In this document: in pieces, positions 1 through 10,036 of the stretch
Position numbering within the stretch: position 1 is the stretch's first letter
Layout of the letters: the number at the start of each line of letters is the position of its first letter
Origin: a bacterium
Lineage (GTDB): Bacteria; Patescibacteriota; Patescibacteriia; UBA9934
NCBI GenBank assembly: GCA_043818555.1
Contig: JBDRFP010000019.1
Location: 1 to 59,862, forward strand
Direction: 5' to 3'
Length of the DNA: 59,862 bases
Notes under the pieces: model-generated
What the model saw: only the letters and a program-made list of their open reading frames with translations
The model's database searches: none
Told to the model about the DNA's origin: nothing
Made by a program: the position numbers and the translations under genes

Positions 1-1
1 C

Positions 2-664
2 AGCAACGGAAACACCGACACCGGCAAGACCGAAGTCGACCCTGTGGAAGCCTGGGCCGAAGTGACCATCAACGTCACCAAGCTCGGCGAGGAAGTGACC
101 GACACGGAAGTGCACGCCAACGGGCACTACACCGGTCCACCGGGCATTCCGCTTTCGGTCGCTGTCGACCCCGAAGACGGGACGCTCTACGAACTGAAGG
201 TCGGCGACCTGTCGACCACCAGCTCCGACGGCGTGCCCATCTACAACGACGGCACGCTCGACTGGGTGACTCCCGTCCAGGAGCGCGAGCTCTTCGACGG
301 CGACTCCGCTGAAGTCAACGCCTCGCTGAACCGCTACTTCGGTGGTGAGTACGAGTGCGTCCGCGACACCTACGTGTACGACGGCTCAGCCGAAGATTAC
401 AAGGGTGAGCACTACCGCCTCACCGAACTCGATCCGCAGTGGATCGAGGTAGAGGATGGCTACAAGGTGAAGGGCCAGGACGACCCTGGCATTGGCATCA
501 TGGACAACAATGACGAGATGCAGGTGGAAGGCGATCATCTGATCCTCCTCGGTGATGACGAAGTCTATATCCTGTCATCTGAGATCGGTCAAGACGAATT
601 CACAGCGACTTTCGTCGATCCCGATTTCAGCGTCAGAGTCCTCTACTGCGAACTCGCCGACTAG
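2..664 (+). CDS. hypothetical acidic protein, 5' end outside window (GC-rich cassette I1)
   Basis: Frame 2 is open from the window edge (no stop before GTG at 44). Codons are GC3-rich and the product is very Asp/Glu-rich. Stop TAG at 662-664 is followed by a hairpin plus T-run. No family recognised. Confidence 0.6.
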   Translation, partial: SNGNTDTGKTEVDPVEAWAEVTINVTKLGEEVTDTEVHANGHYTGPPGIPLSVAVDPEDGTLYELKVGDLSTTSSDGVPIYNDGTLDWVTPVQERELFDGDSAEVNASLNRYFGGEYECVRDTYVYDGSAEDYKGEHYRLTELDPQWIEVEDGYKVKGQDDPGIGIMDNNDEMQVEGDHLILLGDDEVYILSSEIGQDEFTATFVDPDFSVRVLYCELAD

Positions 665-678
665 GCAAGCTCGCACGA

Positions 679-713
679 CCCCTTTCCTGCGCAAGCGCAG
701 GACGGGGGTTTTT
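679..713 (+). terminator. intrinsic terminator of cassette I1
   Basis: cccc..cctgc-GCAA-gcagg..cgggg hairpin followed by TTTTT, directly after the stop codon. Confidence 0.7.
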
Positions 714-722
714 ACTTTGCCT

Positions 723-764
723 ATTCGTTCCCCCCTTTTCAAGGGGGGATTAAAGGGGGGTTAG
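723..764. repeat. K-family C/G-tract hairpin element, copy 1
   Basis: attcgttccccccttttcaaggggggattaaaggggggttag. Near-identical to 25568-25610, with an inverted copy at 25650-25690. Confidence 0.7.
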
Positions 765-770
765 CGTAAA

Positions 771-802
771 CAAAAAAGACACGGCAATCCATGTCTTTTT
801 TG
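771..802. terminator. bidirectional hairpin terminator between cassette I1 and the giant gene
   Basis: aaaaaagaca..tgtctttttt has an A-run and a T-run on either side, and lies 10 nt beyond the stop of the minus-strand giant ORF. Confidence 0.6.
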
Positions 803-811
803 TTTGTTATC

Positions 812-3800
812 TTAAGGCTCTACGTAGATTGCTCCGTCATAATATACCCATGGATCATTTGCTTCACTCAATATCGATGGCCACGTGAGATACGCACATT
901 CTGCATTTTGATCATCGTAACCAGTTGGAACACTCAGCGTATCCACATCATTCTCAAAGCATCCATTCGTTCCATCGTCTCCCAATGTACACACCCCAGT
1001 ACACCAACCCCAGTTGTCGCGGATATGCACACGAGGTTGGTAAACGCACTGGCCACTCTCAACACATGGGCTGTTTGTAATATGACCGTTTTCATCCTCC
1101 TCACAATAATCTCCTGCAATTGTCATGGTATTAATAACCGACTCGCTACAAGTGTAATTATGCTGGTAAGTGAAGTAATTCGGGTCGCAGGAAGATGCAG
1201 TCATGCCCCACTCGTCGGCAGTGTCGCAGTAGGACTCGGAATGAGAGTCATCGGTAAGACCGCGGTGGTTCTTGTAATAGTTATCCGAGTCAGACGATCC
1301 TGAATATCGCTCGCTTCCAGTAGCGTCACCCCAGTCAACAATTACTCGCCTGATTGGCAACTGATCCTTATCCGCGGCCGCAAAGAACTTCATAGTTGCT
1401 CGGTAATAACCTCCACTGGCAGTCAAATCACCGGCATTGGAAGATCCAACAGTTACCGCATTTTCATCTCCTTCTCTACAATAATTACCATAACAGTTAT
1501 CCAAATCCAGCGCCCAAACAGTAGGCGGACTGCCCTCGTCACGATTATCCCACTCTGTGTGGCCTCCAGATGTTGTTTCGCTGTAACTGCCAGTGTCGGC
1601 GCTGGACTCTGAGGTGTTCCCAGTAAGTCCGTCATCAAATTGCAATACTCCGAAAGCCCTAGCGAAAAGATCGGTAATAATTCCTGCAGTTGAAATAGTC
1701 GACACTTCTGATGCCCCAGCATCTGTCCAAACTCCAAATAGATCAAAGTCGTGCTCTCTTCTACCAGACTCGTTAACATTCACTTCGAAATCAATAAACG
1801 AACGCGCTTCAGGATCGGTCAAGCTTCCAACGGCCGTACCAGCAGAACAGCTATCAAAAGGCGTTGGTCCACTTGGAGGAGTTATTATTGCCCCTCCTGT
1901 TATTGTCCTTTCACAAGATGCTATTAATGGAGGTTCGGGATCTGTACCAGATGCAGCTTCGGACATCTTTTGCGATTTACCAAATGGCTGTGTGCCCGTG
2001 CTGTAATCGTAGGCAAAGTTTTCATCGGTTACATTCAGAGTGAATCCACTATTTGAACCAAGTAGCCTATCCGTATATGGAGCTGCAGAAATATTATCAC
2101 CTTCGTCGACAACAATGGTCTGCTTACACCCAACATAAATATTTGCATCTTGATCATAGTCATACCAACCGTCAGCCGCAGAATCGCTCAAATCAGTTTC
2201 GTCAATTAATGTCTCGGTAGGTGAAAAGCTGTACCCTCTAAAGTCTTCTTCCAACTCAATTCCATATGCCGTACAGCCCTGTACTGCGTTCGCTTGCTCA
2301 GTGAAGTCATCTTCATCTTCGTAGATATAGACATCGCCGGACCATACTAATTCATCATCTGTACTTGTTGAGTAATCATTTGCATCAGTAACTGTAAATA
2401 CATCAGTGAAATATTCTGGTGACCCAATTGTAGGAACGCATGCACCGTAGTCTCCATCAATATTTGAGTTCACGGGCACGCATACAAGTGGGCAGTCGTC
2501 GTCTTCTGTCCCTCTTCCCATACAGGCTCTGGTATAGCTCCCTTCATTCATCCCTGAATCCCACATTGGTCCTAGGATTGCGTAGTGCCCTGGAGGACAG
2601 GTGAATCTATAATTTTTTTCAACACACAATGCGTAAGTTTCTTCAACGCTACCGGGCGTTGTTCCTGAAGATGTACCAATCTGCTCAACACAGGCAATGT
2701 CTGCAGTAGTTTCCCAATCGGTGCCACTTCCCGAGTCTGCATTGCTAGCAGTAACATCGGCATAAACTCCAGTATAAATACAATATTCGGTCTGTCCCTC
2801 AAAGTAACCCGCCCCTGTGTACTTGGCGTACAAGTCGGTTGAACCGAGGAGCTGGTCGACTGGGAGCCAGGAGATGCAAGCGTTCTGGTCTGGATCGCCA
2901 AGGATGTTGATGCTAGAGTCGCGTTCCAAACAGTAGCCGTCGAGTCCGAAAAGACTATCCTCTTGCATAATTGGACTGCATTCGCCCCCGCTATCCGGGC
3001 AGCTTATTCCCTGAGTGCTGCAGAAAGCTCCATCAAGCGATCCTCCAGAACAAATCCCAAGCCTTCCACTTCCAAAACCGCTCCAATCGTCGACATCTGT
3101 GCTTGTATCCAGATGCAAGTATTTTGAACTTCCTCTAGTTGATAGTTTCTTATAGCTGCAATCACAATCCTCTCCGGGAGTGCAAATTTCTGCTTGTGCA
3201 AAACCGTATTTTTTATTATATGGCTGCCACGAACGCGTTGCCTCAGTGACGTCCTCGGTGGTTTCCAACTGTTCGGTTCCGCTACTATCTATATATGACT
3301 TAAACCACTCCTGCACAACTTCATTTCCAAACGGACTTGTTGATTCTGGATAAGCTCGGCAGATTTTGGTTTCTCCGAGTTCGGCATCGAATTCGCCGCC
3401 GTCAACAGAGACAACACAATTGCCTCGGTAGCAGGCGCCGGATTGTGTGATTGTTGATTCAAAACAAACGCCGGTTGAGCATACTCCGCTAATGCCACAC
3501 GCGCCTTCGTCAGTCGTACATACGCCCGCCAAACAGAACTCATCGGCCGTTTTGTCGCAGTCGCTGTCGCTTGAGCACAGGTCGGTTGTAGAATCGTAGC
3601 AACGACCAATCACACACTCTCCTTCCGAAGCTGAACAGTCGTCACTGTTTACACACGGCGCAATGCTGTTTTCGCAGTATCCAACATAACACGAATCCTG
3701 GAAACCTCCTTCGCACTGGCCCGCATTCAAGGCCAGGCGGTAGTCGTTTTCAGTCTGAGTGTCGCAGGTTAGCGAGCCGCTGCAGTCGGAGTCGGAATCG

Positions 3801-6800
3801 CACGGCAAATCTTCGTCTCCGCCACAGTATCCTCGTGGCGCAATATTCACCTGACTCAAATGCTGGACAGGATAGCTGTTTGGAATAGCATAACCTGAAT
3901 ACTCCTCGCCGTAGAAAGTTACATCGCGAGCCGAATATCGCTCAGCATCAAGCACTGCGACAGGATCCTCAACATCCCATTCGGAACAGAACGACTCGTC
4001 GCCGGCAGCCGCGTAATCGGTACAAAGATCGATGCCATCGCAAATTGTTTTGTAACTTGCCGTTGCTTCATCCCAAACCGTGAACGAACTGGAACATGTC
4101 AGCCACTCGCTACAAGCGCGGTCCTGGCTTACTTTAAGCACACGGTTGGTGTCGTTTTCGAGGCGAGTCACAGGCTCACACCGATCTCCTAAACTTGAAT
4201 CTGAACAAGTCACCGCCTGCGGGCTCCCAAAGATGAAAAATACTTCATCAAGACATGAGCCGTCTACAATATCTCCGGTAGGACCCTCATAACCCGGACA
4301 GTCGTCATCTGAGTAACACGACCCGCTAAGCTGATACAAGTCATTTATACTGTCAGCAGAATCTAATACTTCGCTATAATCTTCTGAACTTAACAAATTA
4401 TATTGGTGATAAGCGCACCTCTTTGCGCACAAGTCGACTTCCTCTCCGCCAGGCGTGGTAATGCTCGAGCGATTCGGATCGCTACAATCAATAGGATCTA
4501 CCAAATCGTACGCCGCATCGCCGAACAGGTCATTCGCGTGCTTGCTTGCAATGTAGGATGCGCTTGACTGGTAATCCAAACTTGTGTCGCCGGTTTCGTA
4601 GAATAAGGCACAACCTTTCTTCTGGCTTACCTGCCCATTACACTTCTGGGCCGAAAGCAAAGTATTTTCGTCCAAATTCTGATTATCGACAAAGAAGTAC
4701 GCCTCTCCGTCGGTTTCGCCGTAGAACTCATTGTCGTCAAAGTCCAAAAGGTCGCGGAACTCGCTGCAGCCATCGTACTCAGGGCCGCAGAGTCCTACCC
4801 AGCCTGCGTAGTCATCGTCCCCATTTCGCCAAAGCCCGGACAACTCGCCGCCAATCACATAACTTCCGCTTTCGATGTTGCACTCGCCTGCGCCGGCGTC
4901 GGCACAATCAGAATCTAGCACACAGGCCGCACTACTTTCCGAACATGTGCCGGTTCCATAGCAGAACTCACTTGTGCCCTCGCGGAACCATCCTCTGTAT
5001 GTAGCGTTGTTTAAGTTTTTGCCGTCTGAGTATTCGCAGACATGATTTTGCGGATCCTTAAAGTAGAAAATGCCTTCGTCTGTTGAATCAAACTCCTCGC
5101 AAAACAGCTCTTCAGATTCACAAAGCGTGTCGCTATACTCATCCGGGTCATCCACTAAATACGCGCTCTCCCAGGAATCAACAACCGATCGGTCGGCGCT
5201 GAAAATCGGCAAACCGAATTCGCTGCAGCCGGACGATGTTGAATCGCACTCAAATTCATCGCTCACAATAGCGTACACATCACGGTCAGCCTCAGCAACC
5301 TGAGTGTCGGCAGTATAGCTTAGGTGCGCCATAGCGCCGGTAAAGGCCGCTTCGGGAATGTAATAGTCAAGGTCAAACTGACATCCGGTGTTGCCTGAGA
5401 AAATAGTACAAATCTCCGGACTGCCGGTTTCGTATGCGGTGCCCGACGAGTCAGACATAGCGTAGCATGTGGTATTGGCAGTTGCCTCTGCGCCGGTTAG
5501 CGTTGAGCAAATCGCGTTGTATGTGGCCGCGTATTCTGTTTCGGTCTCGAATGAACGGAAGAACCCGGTACAACCGACCTGTGACTCATCGCAAAGGTTT
5601 GAGAATGATTTTATGTACGCGCTGGCACCGCCAACATCAATGTATTCCTGACATCCAAGTTGATACTGAGGCGATGACTCGCCTTCCAGGTTGCGGTCGC
5701 AGGTGGCAGGAGTTACCCATGAGTCCATTATTACCGTAATGTCGTCTTCGCCCTCGCGAAGCACTACATTGTCGATCCAGAATGTGACGCCACCGTCCGG
5801 TTCAAACACGAGCACTGTTCCGTTTCCAAAGTCCGGATAGTCGCTGGCGTTCATATCCATTGGCCCAAGCGAGTAGCGTTGCCACTCGTCCGTGAGTTCA
5901 ATGTCTTCGCCAAAGGCAATCAGGTTGCCACTGCTGTCAACATCAATATTTGGGGTGCCGGCAGTGTTTGCCGCAATGTCCCAGCCCACATCAATTCTGC
6001 CATCGCCCTTAGCCCAGAAAGTAAGAATGTAAGTTTTGCCTGTAAAGATATCATTTTCAAGCGTGCCGCAGTAGCGGTTCCCTTCGATCACCGTGCACTC
6101 AGCTCCAAGCGTGTCCGTGCCTGAAGCACAGCCGTCTTCGCCCGCGCAGGCGCTGCCGTAGTCGTAAAGGTGAGTCCAAATATTTGTTGTGCCTTCTGAT
6201 TTGAGCGAGTGGCCGTCGGTGGCGATTGAATCGTTTGAAAGAGTAACATTGACCGCGCTTGCCGCGTCCCAGCTGTCCAGCGTGTCGCTCTCGAATGTGT
6301 CGCGCAGAGCCGTGCGGCTGTTTCCGCTTCGTCCGCCGGTATAATTTCGGCAGCCATTTTCACTTTCCGCACATGTTTCCGACTCTTCGTTAAATCCATA
6401 ATACAGACACTCATTGGTTGAGGTATTAAAGAATCCGCCGGATCCTTCGCAGTTCTCCTGCCATGCCAAAGCATCTGCGCCGGCGACCGTGGTTTTGCGG
6501 TAAGTTACTGCCGCGTCGTTTATGCTCACAGTTTCTGACCACTGGCGATAATGAATTACACCGGCAGAGTCATAAAACTCGCGGCAATCTGGGTTGTCGA
6601 AAATGTCATCGTGCTGATCACAGTCTTCAGTGTCGCTTGCCAAATCACCAACCCACACTCCGCTGTCGTCGTAGCAGTTTATCCCTGAATCATCGGCTTT
6701 CCATGTCGTACAAGGCGCGTTGCCAGGGTCAGAATCGATTTCGCCAGACCCGCCATATACATAAGGAACGCTCAAATCCGACTCGAGCAAATTCCAAACT

Positions 6801-9800
6801 CTAAGCTGGAAACCTTCTTCGTCAGAGCCCTCCCAGGTGTAGAAAACCGCAGCCTGGTCGCTGTTGGTATTCTCGGCGGCCTGAGATTCGGTTACAGCGC
6901 CGCGTAGGTAAGTAAAGTATTCAACCTCTTCTGTTGCAAGGTTGGTAAATTCATCGCAGCCGATTGCGTCCTGGCTACAGCTATCGGCAGTGTCCGGAAT
7001 AAAGTAGATTGGGAATTCTCCGTCCGGCTCAAAGCGGGTCGCTTCCTGCTTATACGCGTCGTAGCCAACGCAACTTGCCGAGCACTGGTCCAGACTATTT
7101 ACAATTCCGAAAACCGTCGGGTCGCCGCTAACCGGCGTGTAAGCATTGCAACCTGCGTCGTTTTCCGTGCAAATCGGGGCAAAGCTGTCGCATTCGTCAG
7201 GGTCGTCGCTTTCGCCGGTACAGCCAAGGTACGCGGGTGGCAATTTTACATAGGTATAATCGAGGTCATCATAATCAACGCCGTAGCCGACATGCCACAC
7301 GCTGGCGTCTGCCTCCTGTTCCAGCTGAATGTCGTCAACCCACACATTCGTGGCATCCCCTGACTGACCAAGCTCTGCGCCGAATACGATTTCAGCGTGA
7401 ATAAGCGACGAAGAATCTGTGAGCCGCGGAGCTGTAAATATGCACTCAAAGCGCTCATAAGAATCGTTCTCCGGCTGCGCGCGGATAAGGAGCGCATTGT
7501 TGCCAAGCAAGGATGACATTTCACAATCACCCGTAAAGCTTGTGCCTGTCAAGTCAATTGTCGAAACTCCGTCAGCATCTGTGAGCACTACTGCGGCCTC
7601 GATGTAGGCACCGGTTGCGCCTTCTGGTTGCGCCGCAAAGAAAGTAAACGCGTAGAACCGGCTCTGACCAAGCGTAATTCCTTTTTGGTACACGTCGCCA
7701 AATCCTGTAGTGATCGCAGCGTCACCGGTTCGCGCAATGTCATCCGCAGTGCTATAGACAAACGAATCCCAATCAGTACTAAACCATGCGTCCGGCAAGT
7801 CGTCGCCGTTTGCGTCAACATCAAAAGTAGGATTTACCACCAGGTTAAGGTTAAGGTCTTCGTCGCGCTCAATAAGCTGTGTGCAGCCCGCGCTTTCAGA
7901 ATCGCAAGCCTCAATATTTGCATTAAAGTAAGCCCTCTCGCGGTAAGCTGTAATTTCCAATTCGGCCGTGGCAGTATTTGTAATCTCCGGCCAGTCAAAG
8001 TCGCCATCATCGTTTTCCTCCTTTACTGACGAGTACCAAAGACAGCCCACATTCCCCTCTCCGCATTCGCTTGCGTCAATAGATGCGGTCAGATAATCCA
8101 CTCCTTCGCCCTCGCGCGTATCAAAACTTTGGCAGCTCGCGTACTGTTCAGGACACGAATCGCCACGGAATCGCCATATATTCTTTTCGCGAACGCAGTA
8201 ACCGTACCCGCCATTGCAGTTTCCTTCATCATCCTCATCAATACAACTTTGGTAGTCGACACACTCTTCCGCGCGACTATCCACCCCGTTCGCCTCAAGC
8301 TGCTGGCCGTAAGCCAAAATCCTGCACTCGTGCTGCGGATACACAAGTATCCAATCCGGGTCGATTAAGTGACACCATGGGTGGTCGGAATCGATTTCAC
8401 TGTCGCTGTTGCAGTCGTCAAAACCGTCGATTACTTCCTGGAGCGTTATCGGACTTGATTCATCGTTCTGGTCTGAGTCTGCGGCGAGTTCCCAGCCGAC
8501 TGAAATGATTCTGGCTTTCCTGAGTTTTACCAGGTTGCCGTAACAGAAAGCATAGCGATAACAACTCTCATCCTGGTTGCGAGCCTTATCACGCGACGGA
8601 ATAAGCGCCCAGTCGCCACTAATATAGCCTTCGTCGATCGCTTCCTGCACGGTAAGCGGCGCCCCGGCGTCGGCAAGCGCAAGCGCGGAGGCAAATGTGG
8701 TGTTAATTACGCAGTTGTAAAGCCGTCTCTGCGCTATCCTAACGCCGGACGAGCAACTTGAAAATTCGCTCAGAAGATTAAAGTCCGTAACTTCGAGCGG
8801 AGTGAATGATTGCAGTGAGCTGTACGCCTCTCGTGCGCGCTCTGCCCGGTCGGCCAAAATGTAATCGTCATCAAATGGGTCCGGATCAAAATCTACCTCG
8901 AAAAGTCCGCTATAAATCCTGTCAGCCATTTCATTCAAAAGAGTGTTTGTAAATACCGAGCCTGCCATCACGCCGACCTGGAGGAGCGCGTCCGTATTCG
9001 ACATGAGCGCCTGTCCAATCTGGTTCGGCAAAGCTTTCTGCTGGTTGATCGTTGAGTAAAAATCGTCCTTTATAGTATCTGCCGGGGTTTCAATATTTCC
9101 GTTGATGTAATTAGCCACCCCTCGGAAACCGCTATCGTCAATGAATTGTGACAGTTTGGTATTGGCCTCGGTCATGGCCTTGCCAATGGTGTCGGAATAG
9201 AGCGTCATGCCGGCTGCAAATTCATTAATCTCCGGCTCCATGGTGGAAGACAAGGTGGACAGAACAAACTCGTTCCGCTCCTGCGGGTCTTCAAACTTGG
9301 CTTGTGTGTCCGCAAGGAAAGAACTCCAATTTCTTCGAATGTCGTTAAGGCCACAGGCATTATCAATTCCAAGCATATCCATATTCGGCACTGTGAGCTC
9401 TGGCCTTTCGTAGGCCCTTCTGAGCCCAACTCTGTAGGAAAGCAAAACATATGGATCGAGCGGCACACAAAGGTTGTATCCTTCAAGTAGTCCTCCGTCG
9501 ATATTTTCCTCATTGATTATACCTATTGCTTCATTTACTACGCTCATTCCCACATAGCGGAAATAATCTTCCGGCGGACGAGGATCAAAAAGCGGCAAGT
9601 CAGCGTCTCCGCCAGATGCAATATTCACGGCCGCATTGTAGGCTGCCGTGTTTGCAATGTAGGTCATGACATTGATGAGCGAGCTGGTGACGGTTGTCAC
9701 GAGCGCTTCTTTGAGTTTTGTTGCAACTCGCGACGCAATGTCTTTGCCTTGCTCGTATGTTATTGCAGCAACATCGGTAACCGGCAGCTGCGCATGCGCT

Positions 9801-9886
9801 TGCTTTGGAGCGAGCAACATGGAACCGCTCAGAAATACAAAAAACGCCAGAAGTATTATCCCTCGTTTTTTTGTGTTGTTGCGCAT
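812..9886 (-). CDS. giant (3,024 aa) secreted/surface Cys-rich protein with CBM-like and PKD-like modules
   Basis: Single uninterrupted 9,075-nt ORF with ATG at 9886. The N-terminus has a signal/anchor (KKRGIILLAFFVFLSGSMLLAPKQAHA). The protein is very rich in Cys, Asp and Glu. Two jelly-roll/CBM-like domain ends are present (NVWVDDIQLEQ, FWIDNVVLREG), and a PKD-like VDWGD..YQHNY lies near the C-terminus. Domain calls are motif-level only. Confidence 0.9.
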   Translation of the reverse strand: MRNNTKKRGIILLAFFVFLSGSMLLAPKQAHAQLPVTDVAAITYEQGKDIASRVATKLKEALVTTVTSSLINVMTYIANTAAYNAAVNIASGGDADLPLFDPRPPEDYFRYVGMSVVNEAIGIINEENIDGGLLEGYNLCVPLDPYVLLSYRVGLRRAYERPELTVPNMDMLGIDNACGLNDIRRNWSSFLADTQAKFEDPQERNEFVLSTLSSTMEPEINEFAAGMTLYSDTIGKAMTEANTKLSQFIDDSGFRGVANYINGNIETPADTIKDDFYSTINQQKALPNQIGQALMSNTDALLQVGVMAGSVFTNTLLNEMADRIYSGLFEVDFDPDPFDDDYILADRAERAREAYSSLQSFTPLEVTDFNLLSEFSSCSSGVRIAQRRLYNCVINTTFASALALADAGAPLTVQEAIDEGYISGDWALIPSRDKARNQDESCYRYAFCYGNLVKLRKARIISVGWELAADSDQNDESSPITLQEVIDGFDDCNSDSEIDSDHPWCHLIDPDWILVYPQHECRILAYGQQLEANGVDSRAEECVDYQSCIDEDDEGNCNGGYGYCVREKNIWRFRGDSCPEQYASCQSFDTREGEGVDYLTASIDASECGEGNVGCLWYSSVKEENDDGDFDWPEITNTATAELEITAYRERAYFNANIEACDSESAGCTQLIERDEDLNLNLVVNPTFDVDANGDDLPDAWFSTDWDSFVYSTADDIARTGDAAITTGFGDVYQKGITLGQSRFYAFTFFAAQPEGATGAYIEAAVVLTDADGVSTIDLTGTSFTGDCEMSSLLGNNALLIRAQPENDSYERFECIFTAPRLTDSSSLIHAEIVFGAELGQSGDATNVWVDDIQLEQEADASVWHVGYGVDYDDLDYTYVKLPPAYLGCTGESDDPDECDSFAPICTENDAGCNAYTPVSGDPTVFGIVNSLDQCSASCVGYDAYKQEATRFEPDGEFPIYFIPDTADSCSQDAIGCDEFTNLATEEVEYFTYLRGAVTESQAAENTNSDQAAVFYTWEGSDEEGFQLRVWNLLESDLSVPYVYGGSGEIDSDPGNAPCTTWKADDSGINCYDDSGVWVGDLASDTEDCDQHDDIFDNPDCREFYDSAGVIHYRQWSETVSINDAAVTYRKTTVAGADALAWQENCEGSGGFFNTSTNECLYYGFNEESETCAESENGCRNYTGGRSGNSRTALRDTFESDTLDSWDAASAVNVTLSNDSIATDGHSLKSEGTTNIWTHLYDYGSACAGEDGCASGTDTLGAECTVIEGNRYCGTLENDIFTGKTYILTFWAKGDGRIDVGWDIAANTAGTPNIDVDSSGNLIAFGEDIELTDEWQRYSLGPMDMNASDYPDFGNGTVLVFEPDGGVTFWIDNVVLREGEDDITVIMDSWVTPATCDRNLEGESSPQYQLGCQEYIDVGGASAYIKSFSNLCDESQVGCTGFFRSFETETEYAATYNAICSTLTGAEATANTTCYAMSDSSGTAYETGSPEICTIFSGNTGCQFDLDYYIPEAAFTGAMAHLSYTADTQVAEADRDVYAIVSDEFECDSTSSGCSEFGLPIFSADRSVVDSWESAYLVDDPDEYSDTLCESEELFCEEFDSTDEGIFYFKDPQNHVCEYSDGKNLNNATYRGWFREGTSEFCYGTGTCSESSAACVLDSDCADAGAGECNIESGSYVIGGELSGLWRNGDDDYAGWVGLCGPEYDGCSEFRDLLDFDDNEFYGETDGEAYFFVDNQNLDENTLLSAQKCNGQVSQKKGCALFYETGDTSLDYQSSASYIASKHANDLFGDAAYDLVDPIDCSDPNRSSITTPGGEEVDLCAKRCAYHQYNLLSSEDYSEVLDSADSINDLYQLSGSCYSDDDCPGYEGPTGDIVDGSCLDEVFFIFGSPQAVTCSDSSLGDRCEPVTRLENDTNRVLKVSQDRACSEWLTCSSSFTVWDEATASYKTICDGIDLCTDYAAAGDESFCSEWDVEDPVAVLDAERYSARDVTFYGEEYSGYAIPNSYPVQHLSQVNIAPRGYCGGDEDLPCDSDSDCSGSLTCDTQTENDYRLALNAGQCEGGFQDSCYVGYCENSIAPCVNSDDCSASEGECVIGRCYDSTTDLCSSDSDCDKTADEFCLAGVCTTDEGACGISGVCSTGVCFESTITQSGACYRGNCVVSVDGGEFDAELGETKICRAYPESTSPFGNEVVQEWFKSYIDSSGTEQLETTEDVTEATRSWQPYNKKYGFAQAEICTPGEDCDCSYKKLSTRGSSKYLHLDTSTDVDDWSGFGSGRLGICSGGSLDGAFCSTQGISCPDSGGECSPIMQEDSLFGLDGYCLERDSSINILGDPDQNACISWLPVDQLLGSTDLYAKYTGAGYFEGQTEYCIYTGVYADVTASNADSGSGTDWETTADIACVEQIGTSSGTTPGSVEETYALCVEKNYRFTCPPGHYAILGPMWDSGMNEGSYTRACMGRGTEDDDCPLVCVPVNSNIDGDYGACVPTIGSPEYFTDVFTVTDANDYSTSTDDELVWSGDVYIYEDEDDFTEQANAVQGCTAYGIELEEDFRGYSFSPTETLIDETDLSDSAADGWYDYDQDANIYVGCKQTIVVDEGDNISAAPYTDRLLGSNSGFTLNVTDENFAYDYSTGTQPFGKSQKMSEAASGTDPEPPLIASCERTITGGAIITPPSGPTPFDSCSAGTAVGSLTDPEARSFIDFEVNVNESGRREHDFDLFGVWTDAGASEVSTISTAGIITDLFARAFGVLQFDDGLTGNTSESSADTGSYSETTSGGHTEWDNRDEGSPPTVWALDLDNCYGNYCREGDENAVTVGSSNAGDLTASGGYYRATMKFFAAADKDQLPIRRVIVDWGDATGSERYSGSSDSDNYYKNHRGLTDDSHSESYCDTADEWGMTASSCDPNYFTYQHNYTCSESVINTMTIAGDYCEEDENGHITNSPCVESGQCVYQPRVHIRDNWGWCTGVCTLGDDGTNGCFENDVDTLSVPTGYDDQNAECAYLTWPSILSEANDPWVYYDGAIYVEP

Positions 9887-9915
9887 AGTTGTTTGCTTCT
9901 AACCTTGCAACCAAG

Positions 9916-9946
9916 ATAGGTCTTATAGGACCAATATGACCTATGG
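9916..9946. repeat. F-family word repeat (ataggtcc/ggaccaat)
   Basis: ataggtcttataggaccaatatgacctatgg is almost identical to 45769-45797. Related copies lie at 54491-54515 and 57959-57993. Confidence 0.7.
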
Positions 9947-9947
9947 G

Positions 9948-10036
9948 CAATAAATTCAGCTTTGCGTAAAAAATTCAGTTTGTCGTAATAAATCTCCGCT
10001 GGCCGGGCAATAAACCTCGTTTATCGCTAATAAACT
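9948..10036. repeat. C-family word array (aataaac units)
   Basis: Five spaced aataaa(c/t) words. The same word family forms inverted arrays at 15270-15432 and 30557-30695. Confidence 0.6.

Noticed and set aside
934-9950. About 30 short ORFs (60-170 aa) on both strands inside or against the giant gene
   Set aside because: All are nested in a single 9-kb ORF that has consistent composition and a signal peptide. None has an SD or any recognisable motif.
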